From positions 640,001 through 704,000 of the forward strand of contig OZ251992.1 in assembly GCA_965246885.1 (NCBI GenBank): a stretch of 64,000 nucleotides of DNA, read 5' to 3'. This document shows positions 10,171 through 20,700 of the stretch, in pieces. The position numbers and the translations under genes were made by a program. Position 1 is the first letter of the stretch; each line of letters opens with the position of its first letter. The notes under the pieces were generated by a model, which made no database searches, had not been told where the DNA came from, and worked only from the letters and a program-made list of their open reading frames with translations. The stretch is from Abditibacterium sp. GTDB lineage: Bacteria > Armatimonadota > Abditibacteriia > Abditibacteriales > Abditibacteriaceae.

Positions 10171-10959
10171 ATGCCCCGCCTTTACCTGTCCCCCGACATC
10201 CTTGACCTCGCTTTGGCGGGCGAGGAGTTTGACCTCGACGCCGAGTCCAGCAAGAAAATCGCACGCGTGCTGCGCATGAGCGCTGGCGAAACCTTCGTCG
10301 GTTTTTCCGGCTTCGGGCGCGAGTGGGAGTGCGCCATCACCGCCATTGAAGCCGACGGCAAGCCGCGCGTCAAGGCGGTGTTGATGGGCGAGCGCGACGT
10401 TGAGCGACTGGAGCGGGTGCGCATCTCCATCGCCCAAGCCATTCCCAAGGGCGACAAGATGGACTTGGTTCTTCAAAAGGGAACCGAGATAGGCGTCGCC
10501 GAATTTTACCCGTTTGACGCGGAAAGAAGTGTCGCGCGCCTCGACCCCGATGCCGATTATGAACGCTCCGTCGCGCGCGCGGGGCGCTACCGCAAAATCG
10601 TCGAAGGCGCCGCCGCACAATCGGGCCGCGCCGACGTGCCGGTCGTGCACGCCATCTCCGACTTTTCCACTGCCGTTGCAACCGGCACGGGCGAAGGCGT
10701 CGCTTTCCTGTTGGATGAGGGCGACGACGCCCTCAGTCTACGCGAAGTTTTGAAGCGCGACCCCATTGAGTGGAGCGACGAGTTCCCGCCCAAAGTGATG
10801 CTCCTCATTGGGCCAGAAGGCGGCTGGTCGCCGCGCGAGCGCGAGTGGGCCGACCGCTACGGCGCCGTCGCCGTCAGCTTGGGGCGCCGCATTTTGCGAA
10901 CCGAAACCGCAGCTCTGGTCGCGGCGGCCATATTGAAATGGGAAGCGGGGGAAATCTAA
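10171..10959 (+). CDS. rsmE: 16S rRNA (uracil1498-N3)-methyltransferase
   Basis: KGDKMDLVLQKGTEIGV, LLIGPEGGWS, SLGRRILRTETA. Confidence 0.93.
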   Translation: MPRLYLSPDILDLALAGEEFDLDAESSKKIARVLRMSAGETFVGFSGFGREWECAITAIEADGKPRVKAVLMGERDVERLERVRISIAQAIPKGDKMDLVLQKGTEIGVAEFYPFDAERSVARLDPDADYERSVARAGRYRKIVEGAAAQSGRADVPVVHAISDFSTAVATGTGEGVAFLLDEGDDALSLREVLKRDPIEWSDEFPPKVMLLIGPEGGWSPREREWADRYGAVAVSLGRRILRTETAALVAAAILKWEAGEI

Positions 10960-11787
10960 GTGACCGCCGAACCCGCGCCCAACGTTCCCACCCGCGCCGC
11001 CGTGCGTCGCGTCAACGCTCTGCTGGTCGAAAAGTTCGGCACGCGCACCGTCCACACGCGCGACCCGCTCGACGGGCTAATCCTTATCATCCTCTCGCAA
11101 GCGACTAACGACGTGAACTGCGACCGCGCGTTTTCCGGCCTCAAAGCCGCCTTCCCGACGTGGGACGCCTGCCTCGGTGCCACCGTTTCCGCCGTCGCTG
11201 ATGCCATCCGCTCCGGCGGCTTGGCCAACCAAAAGGCGGCGCGGATTCGGCAACTGTTGCGCGAAATCCAAGCCGAGCGCGGCAGCCTCGACCTCGGCTT
11301 TCTCCATGCGCTTCCCGCCCGCGACTGCGAAGCGTATTTGAGCAAGTTTCACGGCGTCGGGCCGAAGACCGTCGCTTGCGTGCTGGTCTTCTTCCTCGAT
11401 AAACCCGCTTTTCCCGTCGACACGCACGTTTTCCGCATTTGCAAGCGCTTGGGCTGGATTCGCCCCAAAGCCAATCCCGACGAGGCGCACCGCGTGCTAC
11501 ATGACCTCGTTCCCGATGACTGTAAGCTCGATTTGCACGTCAACCTCATCGCGCATGGGCGCCTGACCTGCCGCGCCGATGGCAACGGCGGCCCCAAGTG
11601 CGGCGAGTGCCCGCTTAAAAAGCTGTGCGCTTTCGGACGCCCGCTCAAAATCGCGCCGGGAGAAGCGGTCGTCGCGCAGGGCAAGCGCGACCCCGATTTC
11701 TTCGTGACCATCAAAGCCAGGCGCGACGTGAAAAGCGTGGACGGCGTCGAAGAAGTCGCGGGCCAAACGCAGAGAAAGGGAGCGTGA
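10960..11787 (+). CDS. Endonuclease III-like HhH-GPD DNA glycosylase
   Basis: ILSQATND, GVGPKT, FPVDTHVFRI, C-terminal Cys cluster C..PKCGECPLKKLC. Confidence 0.88.
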   Translation: MTAEPAPNVPTRAAVRRVNALLVEKFGTRTVHTRDPLDGLILIILSQATNDVNCDRAFSGLKAAFPTWDACLGATVSAVADAIRSGGLANQKAARIRQLLREIQAERGSLDLGFLHALPARDCEAYLSKFHGVGPKTVACVLVFFLDKPAFPVDTHVFRICKRLGWIRPKANPDEAHRVLHDLVPDDCKLDLHVNLIAHGRLTCRADGNGGPKCGECPLKKLCAFGRPLKIAPGEAVVAQGKRDPDFFVTIKARRDVKSVDGVEEVAGQTQRKGA

Positions 11788-11807
11788 TATACCTCTAAAG
11801 ACTTTTT

Positions 11808-12683
11808 ATGAGACCCCCTCTGAGCCGTCGGAGATTTTTGCAAACCATCGCTGTGTTCCCCCTCGTCGCCACAACGGAAGAGGCATGGGCACACACGAGC
11901 GCAGCTTCGGCTCTATCGCGTCTGGAATCTTCTTTTGCAGGGCGATTGGGCGTTTTCGCGCTGGATATGGCGAACGGGAAAGAACTGCGCTTTCGCGCGG
12001 GCGAACCGTTCGCCCTGTGTAGCACGTTTAAGATAATGCTGGTCGGGGCCATTTTGCATCGCAGCGCGAGGGATGCTGGGCTGCTACACCGTCAAATCTC
12101 CTTTGCGGCGGGTGACATTTTGCCCAACTCGCCGCAAACGAAAAAGCACATAGGTGGGGGGATGACCGTCGCGGGGTTATGCGGCGCCGCGCTTCAATAC
12201 AGCGACAATACCGCCGCCAATCTTCTGTTGCAACTTGTGGGCGGCCCAGCGGCCGTGACCTCTTTCGCGCGTTCGATTGGCGACTGCGAGTTCCGCTTAG
12301 ACCGGCGCGAAACCGACCTGAACAGCGCGGTGCCGGGAGATGTACGGGACACTTCTACGCCGCAAGCGATGGGGCACACCCTCGCCAACCTCACTTTGCG
12401 CGGTGCACTGGGCGGGCCGGAACGCGCACATTTGACCGCATGGTTGAAAGGAAATACGACAGGCGCTACCCGCATCCGCGCCGGTATCCCCACGAACTGG
12501 CAGGTTGGTGATAAGACCGGAAGCGGCGATTATGGAACAGCCAACGATGTCGCGGTTTTATGGCCCCCACGCCGCTCCCCCTTTGTTCTGGCTATCTACA
12601 CCACGCAGACAACTAAGAACGCCGCCGCGCGCAGTGACATCGTGGCCGCCGCCACTCGCATAGTCGTGGACTGGCTCAGTTAG
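11808..12683 (+). CDS. bla: Class A serine beta-lactamase with Tat-type signal
   Basis: STFK, SDN, RLDRRETDLN (E166 region), DKTG motifs; SRRRFL leader. Confidence 0.93.
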   Translation: MRPPLSRRRFLQTIAVFPLVATTEEAWAHTSAASALSRLESSFAGRLGVFALDMANGKELRFRAGEPFALCSTFKIMLVGAILHRSARDAGLLHRQISFAAGDILPNSPQTKKHIGGGMTVAGLCGAALQYSDNTAANLLLQLVGGPAAVTSFARSIGDCEFRLDRRETDLNSAVPGDVRDTSTPQAMGHTLANLTLRGALGGPERAHLTAWLKGNTTGATRIRAGIPTNWQVGDKTGSGDYGTANDVAVLWPPRRSPFVLAIYTTQTTKNAAARSDIVAAATRIVVDWLS

Positions 12684-12740
12684 GGCAAAGCCACCCGTGC
12701 CTTTGCGAGAAATGGTTGTTTCCATAAACTGCGCGTTCTG

Positions 12741-14630
12741 ATGTCCGAATCTCTGACCTCCCACGACGAGCAACTCTTCTTCCCGTCCGCCCACGTCCTG
12801 CAAAAGTCGCTGACGCCCGACTTCGACGCCCTGCGCGAGGCGGCCAACGCCGACCCCGAAGCGTTTTGGGCCGAGCAAGCGCGCGCCCTCGAATGGTTCT
12901 CGCCTTGGCACACCGTTAAGACGTGGGACGCTTCGGTTCCCAAAGTCGAGTGGTTCGTCGGCGCGACGTGCAACATCACCTTCAACGCCCTCGACCGCCA
13001 CGTCAAATCCGGCCTCGGCGAGAAGGTCGCTTACCGCTTCGTGCCCGAACAGGGCGCGGACGAGGCGTACTCCGTCACCTACTCGCAACTGTTGGAGCGC
13101 GTGGGCCGCTTGGCGAACGCGCTCCGCTCGCTTGGCGTGCGCGAAGGCGACCGCGTCACCATCTACATGGCCCTCACGCCCGACCTGCCCGCCGCCATGC
13201 TCGCGTGCGCCCGCATCGGCGCCATTCACTGCGTCGTGTATGCCGGATTCTCCGCGCCCGCCCTCAAGCAACGCATCGAAGATAGCGGCTCCAAAGTCGT
13301 CATTTCCAGCGACCTCGGCTGGCGGCGCGGCAAGCGCGTGGACTTGGCGGGCATCGTCGGTGAAGCGACCCAAGGCGTGGCGTGCGTCGAAGCGCAAATC
13401 GTGCAACGGCGCGGAGAAGGCGCCCTCCCCGATGGTGCGCACGACATGGAAACCCTGCTCGCCGCGCAGTCGCCCACCTGCGCACCCGCCGTGCTTTCTT
13501 CCGAAGCGCCGCTCTTTTACCTTTACACTTCCGGCACGACGGGCAAGCCCAAGGGCATCTGCCACGTTCACGGCGGCTACGGCGTCGGCACCAGCTACAC
13601 CCACCGCCTCGCCTTCGACTTGCACCCCGACGACATCTTCTTCTGCTCCGCCGATCCAGGCTGGATTACTGGCCACTCGTACGTCGTGTATGGCCCCTTG
13701 ATTAATGGCGCGACCGTCGTGTTGGCCGAAGGCGCGCTCGACTTCCCCGACGCGGGGCGCTGGTGGAGCATTGTCGAGCAGGAGCGCATCACCATCTTCT
13801 ACTCGACACCCACCGCCATCCGCGCCCTGATGCGCTTTGGCGACGAGTTCCCCGCCCAATACGACCTGTCCTCCTTGCGCGTGCTCGGCAGCGTCGGCGA
13901 ACCCATCAACCCCGAAGCGTGGCTGTGGTTTTACCACAACATCGGCCACGACAACTGCGCCCTCGTGGATACGTGGTGGCAAACCGAAACCGGGCAGTTC
14001 CTCATTTCCACCGTGCCGTCCTACCCCGCCAAGCCCGGCGCCCCCGGCAAGCCGTACCCCGGCATCATCGCCCGCGTCGTCAACCAAGCGGGGGAGGAAG
14101 TGCCCCGCAACGAGCAGGGGTTTCTCGTCATTGACTCGCAGTGGCCCGCCATGATGCGCACTATCTTCGGCGACCACGACCGCTACGCGGGCTATTGGAA
14201 CACCATTCCCGGCTTTTACTCCGTCGGCGACGCCGCTAAGATGGACGACGACGGCTACATTCGCGTTATTGGCCGCACCGACGACGTGTTGAACGTCTCC
14301 GGCTACCGCATCGGCACCGCCGAAGTGGAATCCGCGCTCGTCAGCCACCCCGCCGTCGCCGAAAGCGCCGTCATCGGCATCCCCGACGCCCTCAAGGGCG
14401 AGGCCATCAAAGCCTTCGTCATCCTGCGCGTGGGCCACGAAGCGTCCGACGCGCTCGCCGCCGAACTCAAAAAGCACGTCCGCGTCGAACTTTCGCCCAT
14501 CGCCATGCCCGCCGCTATCGAGTTCGTGCCCAGCTTGCCCAAGACCCGGAGTGGCAAAATCATGCGCCGCGTGCTGAAAGCCAAAGAGTTAGGCACCGCG
14601 ACAGGCGATGTCTCGACTTTGGAGGATTAA
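12741..14630 (+). CDS. acs: Acetyl-CoA synthetase
   Basis: YTSGTTGKPKG, GWITGHSY, GEPINPEAW, DTWWQTETG, PKTRSGKIMRR. Confidence 0.95.
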   Translation: MSESLTSHDEQLFFPSAHVLQKSLTPDFDALREAANADPEAFWAEQARALEWFSPWHTVKTWDASVPKVEWFVGATCNITFNALDRHVKSGLGEKVAYRFVPEQGADEAYSVTYSQLLERVGRLANALRSLGVREGDRVTIYMALTPDLPAAMLACARIGAIHCVVYAGFSAPALKQRIEDSGSKVVISSDLGWRRGKRVDLAGIVGEATQGVACVEAQIVQRRGEGALPDGAHDMETLLAAQSPTCAPAVLSSEAPLFYLYTSGTTGKPKGICHVHGGYGVGTSYTHRLAFDLHPDDIFFCSADPGWITGHSYVVYGPLINGATVVLAEGALDFPDAGRWWSIVEQERITIFYSTPTAIRALMRFGDEFPAQYDLSSLRVLGSVGEPINPEAWLWFYHNIGHDNCALVDTWWQTETGQFLISTVPSYPAKPGAPGKPYPGIIARVVNQAGEEVPRNEQGFLVIDSQWPAMMRTIFGDHDRYAGYWNTIPGFYSVGDAAKMDDDGYIRVIGRTDDVLNVSGYRIGTAEVESALVSHPAVAESAVIGIPDALKGEAIKAFVILRVGHEASDALAAELKKHVRVELSPIAMPAAIEFVPSLPKTRSGKIMRRVLKAKELGTATGDVSTLED

Positions 14631-15547
14631 GCCGCCGCCCACTCCGCCAACAAATCCGGCGCGTGTTCGCGCAGCCACTCGCGCAGGAAAAGGTGCGCTT
14701 CGAGCCGCTCGTGTTCGGAGGGCGGGTCAACTTCGATTCTTATATCTGCTGATTGCCAACTGCTGTAGTGGAACGCAAACGGGCGCGGTGCCCATCGGCG
14801 CTGGGCAAAAGGCCCCGAAAAGACAGGGTGATTTCTCTCGAAGGCCCTATCCCATACGCGCGGCAGGCGCCCGTTCTCCAACTCTTCAGGGAAAACAGCC
14901 CAAAGGCGCCCTTGCAAGCTCTGGATGAATCCCAATTGTCGGTCGTCACCGGGATGCTCAATTTGAAGCGCTGCGCGTGCAACGGCCCGCAACTCCGTAT
15001 AGTTCCCGCGCCTCCACTCGACGCCGAACAGCCGCCGCCCTTCAGAGTTGCTCATTAAAAACTGGCGCACTGCCGCCGCTTCGGAATTCAGATTGCGCCA
15101 TTCGCGCCCCAACAACCGCGCAAAGTGGGCGCCTTCTCGAATCCACGCGCCGCGCATCCAATCACACTGGGCCTCAAACATCACCGCCTCGAGTGTGTCG
15201 GGGCGCATCAAGAACGACTTCCGCTCCCGCCACAGCACCCGCCAGAAGCGCGTAGGGTCGTTTGGGTCGGGCAGCGAGATGGCGCGGCCCCATTGCCGCT
15301 CTGTCAGCCCGCGTTCGAGTAGGAACTTCAGATGCCCGAAGTCGCCTGCACGCGCCGTTTCCGTCAACTCTTCCGAATAGTTATCGAACACGCCCAACCA
15401 ATCCGCGTGCCCTTCCAAGCGCAACCAGAAATCGTCCCCGCTTTGCAGGACGTGGAAGCGGTTGACCTCGTGCTTGGCGGAAATCTGCGCGTCGAAGGAG
15501 AAAAGCGGCGCAAAGTCGGGGCGCAGAAGGGGGTCGGGGAGCGGCAC
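14627..15547 (-). CDS. Hypothetical protein, HExLEAxLxLRxW family member 1
   Basis: 306 aa, C-terminal PPSEHERLEAHLFLREWL shared with paralogs in this window. Confidence 0.7.
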   Translation of the reverse strand: MPLPDPLLRPDFAPLFSFDAQISAKHEVNRFHVLQSGDDFWLRLEGHADWLGVFDNYSEELTETARAGDFGHLKFLLERGLTERQWGRAISLPDPNDPTRFWRVLWRERKSFLMRPDTLEAVMFEAQCDWMRGAWIREGAHFARLLGREWRNLNSEAAAVRQFLMSNSEGRRLFGVEWRRGNYTELRAVARAALQIEHPGDDRQLGFIQSLQGRLWAVFPEELENGRLPRVWDRAFERNHPVFSGPFAQRRWAPRPFAFHYSSWQSADIRIEVDPPSEHERLEAHLFLREWLREHAPDLLAEWAAA

Positions 15548-15550
15548 GGC

Positions 15551-16435
15551 TTAAAGTTTGGGCAGCAGAAGCCGCAGTTCGTCGGGCGGAATTTTGCCCT
15601 GCGCCCACTCGCGCAAAAACAGCGCGGCTTCGAGTTGTTCGTGGGCGGTGGGCGGCGTCAGTGGGAATTGAATGTGTGGGCCGGTGGGAGACTGCGCGAC
15701 ACAACGGCGGGCGGCGGATAAAACCGGGTCGCGGTGCCATTGGAAATGCGCGGACAAGTAGCGGTTCCAGCGTCGCACGCGCGCATCGGAGCGCTTGTGT
15801 TGGCCGAAGCCGGAAAACCAACTTCCGTTCCAAGAAGCCCCAACATAATCTCGATCCATGCGGCACACCACCGCAACCGCGCGCGTGAACTGCTCCAATT
15901 CGTCGAGACTGCCGCGCGTCCAAACAGCCGCCCGCCGCCCGCGTTCGTGCAACGAAAGCCGCGACCAATCGCGCGCAAAACGGATGTCGGAATCGGGGCG
16001 CGCCAACTCGCACTCCCAATGCGCGCTTTCGGACAATTGGAAAGGAGCCGCATATAAATTCGTGCCGTCGCCGTCCCAATTGCCCTCGCGCCCGTTGGAA
16101 TGTAGAAAGAGCCAGTCGCACTCCCACATTTGTGCGCGCCCGAAATGCCCGCCTTCCAGCGCGGCTTCGATTGCCTCTTGCGGCGGCTGCACACCCTCGA
16201 ACAAGCATGGTAGGCCCGATGTGTCGCATACAAGTCGCGTCGTCGCGTCGCCCTCGACCCGGAAAAAGAGCAACACATAATTTGGATTGCCCGTAACCCC
16301 GACTCTCCGCGCGCAAATCAGCGCGCGCCCACCGTTCCAGTTGGTTTCAAAGTGAGCATCGGCGAACCCTTCGCGCGGCCCGTCACCGAGCGGTGGCCAT
16401 TCGTCGGGCGCGAAATCGAAGCGGGGCAGGGGCAT
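15551..16435 (-). CDS. Hypothetical protein, HExLEAxLxLRxW family member 2
   Basis: Start set at MPLPRFDF; C-terminal PPTAHEQLEAALFLREW. Confidence 0.7.
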   Translation of the reverse strand: MPLPRFDFAPDEWPPLGDGPREGFADAHFETNWNGGRALICARRVGVTGNPNYVLLFFRVEGDATTRLVCDTSGLPCLFEGVQPPQEAIEAALEGGHFGRAQMWECDWLFLHSNGREGNWDGDGTNLYAAPFQLSESAHWECELARPDSDIRFARDWSRLSLHERGRRAAVWTRGSLDELEQFTRAVAVVCRMDRDYVGASWNGSWFSGFGQHKRSDARVRRWNRYLSAHFQWHRDPVLSAARRCVAQSPTGPHIQFPLTPPTAHEQLEAALFLREWAQGKIPPDELRLLLPKL

Positions 16436-16505
16436 AGGCCAAGTAAAACATCCCGCCCCTGCTATATTGTTGGCGCCGCCTTTGCCGTTGGGCGCGCCTG
16501 TTTTA

Positions 16506-17714
16506 ATGACTTCCTCTCCGTTTCGCTCCTTTTGGATGGGCGGGTTCGAGTGTTCCACGCATCGCCGCCACGACGGGCACCGGCTCGACTGCACCGCTTC
16601 GACGCGGCACGATGAGTTTGCGCGCGCCGATTACGAGCGGATGTTGAGTTTTGGGATGCGCACGGCGCGCGATGGGGTACGTTGGCATTTGTGCGAGAAG
16701 CGGCTGGGACATTACCAATGGGGCAGCGCGCTCCCGCAAGTGCGCGCGGCGCGCGAAACGGGGATGCAGGTGATTTGGGACATCTTCCACTATGGCTGGC
16801 CCGACGACATCAACATTTTCGGGCCGCGCTTCCCGGATGCTTTGGGGCGCTTCGCCGGAGCGTTCGCGCGCTTGCTGCGCGAGGAATCGGACGAGGTGCC
16901 GATATTCGCCGTCGTCAACGAGATGTCGTTCCTGTCGTGGATTGGCGGCGACGCCGGGTTTTTCGCGCCCTATTCGCACGCGCGCGGCGACGAACTCAAG
17001 CAGTGTTTGGCGCGCGCCTGCATCGTCGCCATCGAAGCCATCCGCGAAGTTTTCCCCGCCGCGCGCATCATTCACCCCGAACCCGTCGTGAGCGTGGTGC
17101 CCGCCGACAATTCGCCGCGCGCGAAAGAGGATGCTTATTGGCGCCACCAGTCGCAGTTCTGGGCGCTCGACATGATTTGCGGGCGCGACCATCCCGAACT
17201 GGGCGGGCGCGAAGAGTTGCTCGACATCGTGGGCGCGAACTACTACTCCTACAATCAGTGGCGCTTTCCCGGCGGGCACGGCTCGACCGTCGCGCCGTCC
17301 GACCCGCAATACCGCCCGCTCTCCGAATTACTGGGCGAACTCTGGGGCCGCTTCGGGCGCCCGATTCTGCTCAGCGAGACCGGCATCGAACACGAAGCGC
17401 GCGCGCCTTGGCTCCAGTACATCGGGCGGGAAGCGCGCGCCGCGATTAAAAACGGCGTGCCACTTTTGGGCGTCTGCTGGTATCCCATTGTCAACCACCC
17501 CGGGTGGGACGACGACCGTCATTGCCAAAACGGGCTGTGGGACTACCCGAACGAGCGCGGCGAACGCGCCGCCGACCCCGCCCTCGCCGCCGAGTTCCGC
17601 GCGCAAATGGAACTCACCGCCGCCGACGCGCAAGACCGCGCACCCGACATGGAACTGCTCGCCCGCGCCGCGACTGAGCAGGGCGACGAAGCGGGCGAAT
17701 CACGTAGCGCCTGA
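16506..17714 (+). CDS. GH1-like beta-glycosidase (TIM barrel)
   Basis: SFWMGGFECSTH, VVNE (acid/base), GANYY, ILLSETG (nucleophile). Confidence 0.82.
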   Translation: MTSSPFRSFWMGGFECSTHRRHDGHRLDCTASTRHDEFARADYERMLSFGMRTARDGVRWHLCEKRLGHYQWGSALPQVRAARETGMQVIWDIFHYGWPDDINIFGPRFPDALGRFAGAFARLLREESDEVPIFAVVNEMSFLSWIGGDAGFFAPYSHARGDELKQCLARACIVAIEAIREVFPAARIIHPEPVVSVVPADNSPRAKEDAYWRHQSQFWALDMICGRDHPELGGREELLDIVGANYYSYNQWRFPGGHGSTVAPSDPQYRPLSELLGELWGRFGRPILLSETGIEHEARAPWLQYIGREARAAIKNGVPLLGVCWYPIVNHPGWDDDRHCQNGLWDYPNERGERAADPALAAEFRAQMELTAADAQDRAPDMELLARAATEQGDEAGESRSA

Positions 17715-17793
17715 ACAGAACCCGGAGCGGAAGCGACGCGGCTCACATCGGATACCCCCGTTGAGCCGCGCCGCTTCCGCTCCGGGTTCTGTT
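17714..17793. repeat. Long REP-like palindrome between convergent genes
   Basis: 32-bp arms AACAGAACCCGGAGCGGAAGCG(A/G)CGCGGCTCA, one mismatch, 16-nt loop. Confidence 0.85.
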
Positions 17794-20700
17794 TCATTCG
17801 CTCCACTTCCACTCGCGCAGCCAATAGCGCGCGCCTTGCGCGTTGCCGCCCAAGCCTTGGCGCAGATAGTCGCGGGCGGGCGCAGCGAAAGCGAGAGCTT
17901 CGACGGGGTTGCCCGCCAAGCCGTTCTTTTGAAGCGCCCCGGCCAAATCGAAGCGCGCGGTGTGCCATTGCCCATCGGTGCGCACGTCCTCGATGGCGCC
18001 CAAAGTGGGCTGGTTGTCCTCGGGTTTCGCGCTTCCGCCCGTCCAAGCGATTTCGCGCCAACTGCCGCCCACGTGGGCGTAGAGGTTGAGTTTCACATCG
18101 GGGGTGGCGCGGTATTGAAAACTGAAGGCGCCCTTTCCGGTGCCAAGGGCGGCGGCACCTTTGGCGGCGGTGAGCGTCCAATCGCCGCCGTCGCGCGGGT
18201 TGCGAACTTCGACGGCGCCCTGTGGCGCGGGGGAAAGCAGCGCCGAAACGTCGCGGCCCGTTCCGCGCGCCGAAAAGCCTGCAAGCGCGGTGACGCCGGA
18301 GAGCACAACCCGCGCGTCGGGCGCAAGCGGAGCCAAGCCGTTGTGCCACAAGCGCACGCGAGCGAGCGACAAGGCGCCGTTTTTCGTCCAAAACGCGAGG
18401 CGGTTCGCGTTGCCAACGGCGAGGGGGTTAGTGTCCTCGTAGTCGCCCAACGGCTGGCCGTTCGCGCTCCACCGGAAACGCACGCCGCGCGCCGTGTGGC
18501 GGCGCTCCAAGCGGATGTAAAACCAGTCTTGGTGCGTTTCGCCCGCGCTCGGCGGCATCTGGAAGGGCTTGGCGAGCGCCACAGCGTTCTCGCGCCAGAT
18601 GAGGTTTTGCGAGCGATTGCGCGCGCCGAAGGCGAAGGAGTAGCCACCCGAAATGCTCCGTCCGTCGCCAACGGAGATGTTCAGGTCGGTGGGCGAGCGC
18701 TCGCCGCGCGTTAAGTCCATCGGCGTCGCCATGTACGCTTCGAGCGTCCAATCTCCCTTGAGGGCGAAGCGGCTCCACAAAAGCGGGAACTCGTCGTTTT
18801 GCCCCGCGAAGAAGCTCCACTGCGGGCTGCACGTCCAGCGTTCGGCCACTTCCCAATCGCCGCGCGCGGGGTGCCAATCAACGGGCGCGGTCGTGAACGC
18901 GTAGTCGAGTTGGTTGGGCGTGCTCGCGCGGCAAGCGGCCCAGTCGAGGCCCGACCCATCCCCCGGCGCGCGCAGAATCTGAAGCATGAGCGAACCGGGA
19001 GCATGGACGGCGCCCACCGCCGCGCGCATGGTGTCCACGTCCGTCACGCGCGCGCCGTTGGCACTGCGCACCACATCGCCGTTGCGAAAGCCCGCGACCT
19101 GAGCGGGAGAACCGGCTTCGACATTATCAATGACGGCGCCCGTCGCGTCGGGCAACCCCATATCGCGCGCAATGGCGGGCGAGACCGGCGTGATGTTGAC
19201 ACCAATCACCGTATGGCCGTCGCGCTCGAAGGTTGTGGCGCGGATGTCCAGCTTTTGGAGAGGAGGAATGGGGATGGGCGCCGCGCCGCGCGTTGGCTCG
19301 ATGCCAATCTTGGTGCCGCCTGCGCCTTGCACGGTCAAAACGCGCGCGCCGTTCCACCCAAGCGTCGTGGAAAAGGAGCCATCGGCTTGGGGCGTGCGGC
19401 GCAGTTGCACGCCGTTGGAAGCAGGGGCGGCGGGCAACGCGACAGTTTTGCCGCCCGCGAGGGCGCGGAGTTTTCCGGCATGGCGCTCCAACAACACGGA
19501 CGGCGCGCCGCTTTGCGGTGCTTCCGTTGTGGCGCCGAGATAAAAGCGGTAGCCTTGCCCTTCGGCGAGTTTGGGCAGGGGCACATCAAGGGTAGCGGCG
19601 CCCCAAAAGTCGCCGGTGTGCCACCAGATGCCGCGCGCGTCGCGCTTCCATGCGCTCGCGGCGCTGGCCCAGTTGCGCATCAGGCGGTCTTTGACCAAGC
19701 GGTCGGGCAACTGCCCTTCGCCCGCTTGCTCCGGCCCGTTTTGGACGCGCACATCGTCGAAATCCACTAAACTCAGCGCGCCCGTTTGGGCGCGCAGGGC
19801 AACCCCGCCCTGCGCGAGGTCGCACGCCGCGCGCGCCACTTCGCGGCCATCGAACAGCAAGCGCACAGCGCCGTTGCTCGGTTCCAAGCGCAAGCGGTGC
19901 CACTCGCCAATGGCGGCGTCGAAGGGCGCGCTATGCGCAACTTCGCGCTGATGTATGAAGGGCGCATTGTGCCCACGTTCACTCATAAGGATGCGCGCCA
20001 CGCCCTTGCGGAAATCCACCTCGCCGCGCACGCCCGAAGTGCCCGACTCGAACGCTTCCAAACCGGCGACGAGGGGGGAACTGTCGTCGCCTTCGGGCGC
20101 GACGGCGCGTACAGAAGCGGAAACGGCGTAGCTGTTCCAGAACCATTTTCCGGTGTGCGCCTCATGAGCGTTCCCGCCCGCCGCGCGGAACACGAAGGGG
20201 TTGGGACTTAAAGAAGCGTCGGCTTTGGGGCCGAGAGTGCCGGATGTCTTCCAACCGGCGTCCGCGCTCCACACGCTCGCCGCTTCGGGCGAACCGGGGC
20301 CGTCGGCGCGCATGAAGTCGTCGCGGAACACGACGGGTTCGGTCGGCTGCCACTGCGCATCGAGCCGCTTCCACCCACCCGACACGCGCATCCCGAAGCG
20401 GACGCCGCCCAAGTCGGTCTGCATCTGCGCCTTGACGTGCCCGTTCCATAACACCTTGAAGTCGCTGCCAACGCGGATAATACCAATCTCGCCCGCGTCG
20501 CCGTCCAACGCAAACTTTTTGCTCCGTATTGCCAGTGTTCCCGCCATCGGTATCCAGCCTTTTCCAGCATTGAACATGGCCTTGGCTTGGCGCCGCACCT
20601 CGCCCATCAACTTCCCATCCTCGCGGAAGACGGAGACAATGACGGCGTTATCCTTGTCTTGCCCGAACAGCCATGCCGCTTCGCCTTGGCCCGGCGCTTC

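Noticed and set aside
12558..14477. Long antisense ORFs (here, and e.g. 25131-26750 and 44959-46494)
   Set aside because: Shadow frames of acs, groEL and the sugar genes, expected from high-GC codon bias.
14627..16435. HExLE motif as a zincin metalloprotease site
   Set aside because: The motif is HExxE, not HExxH, and sits at the extreme C-terminus; no support for a protease call.
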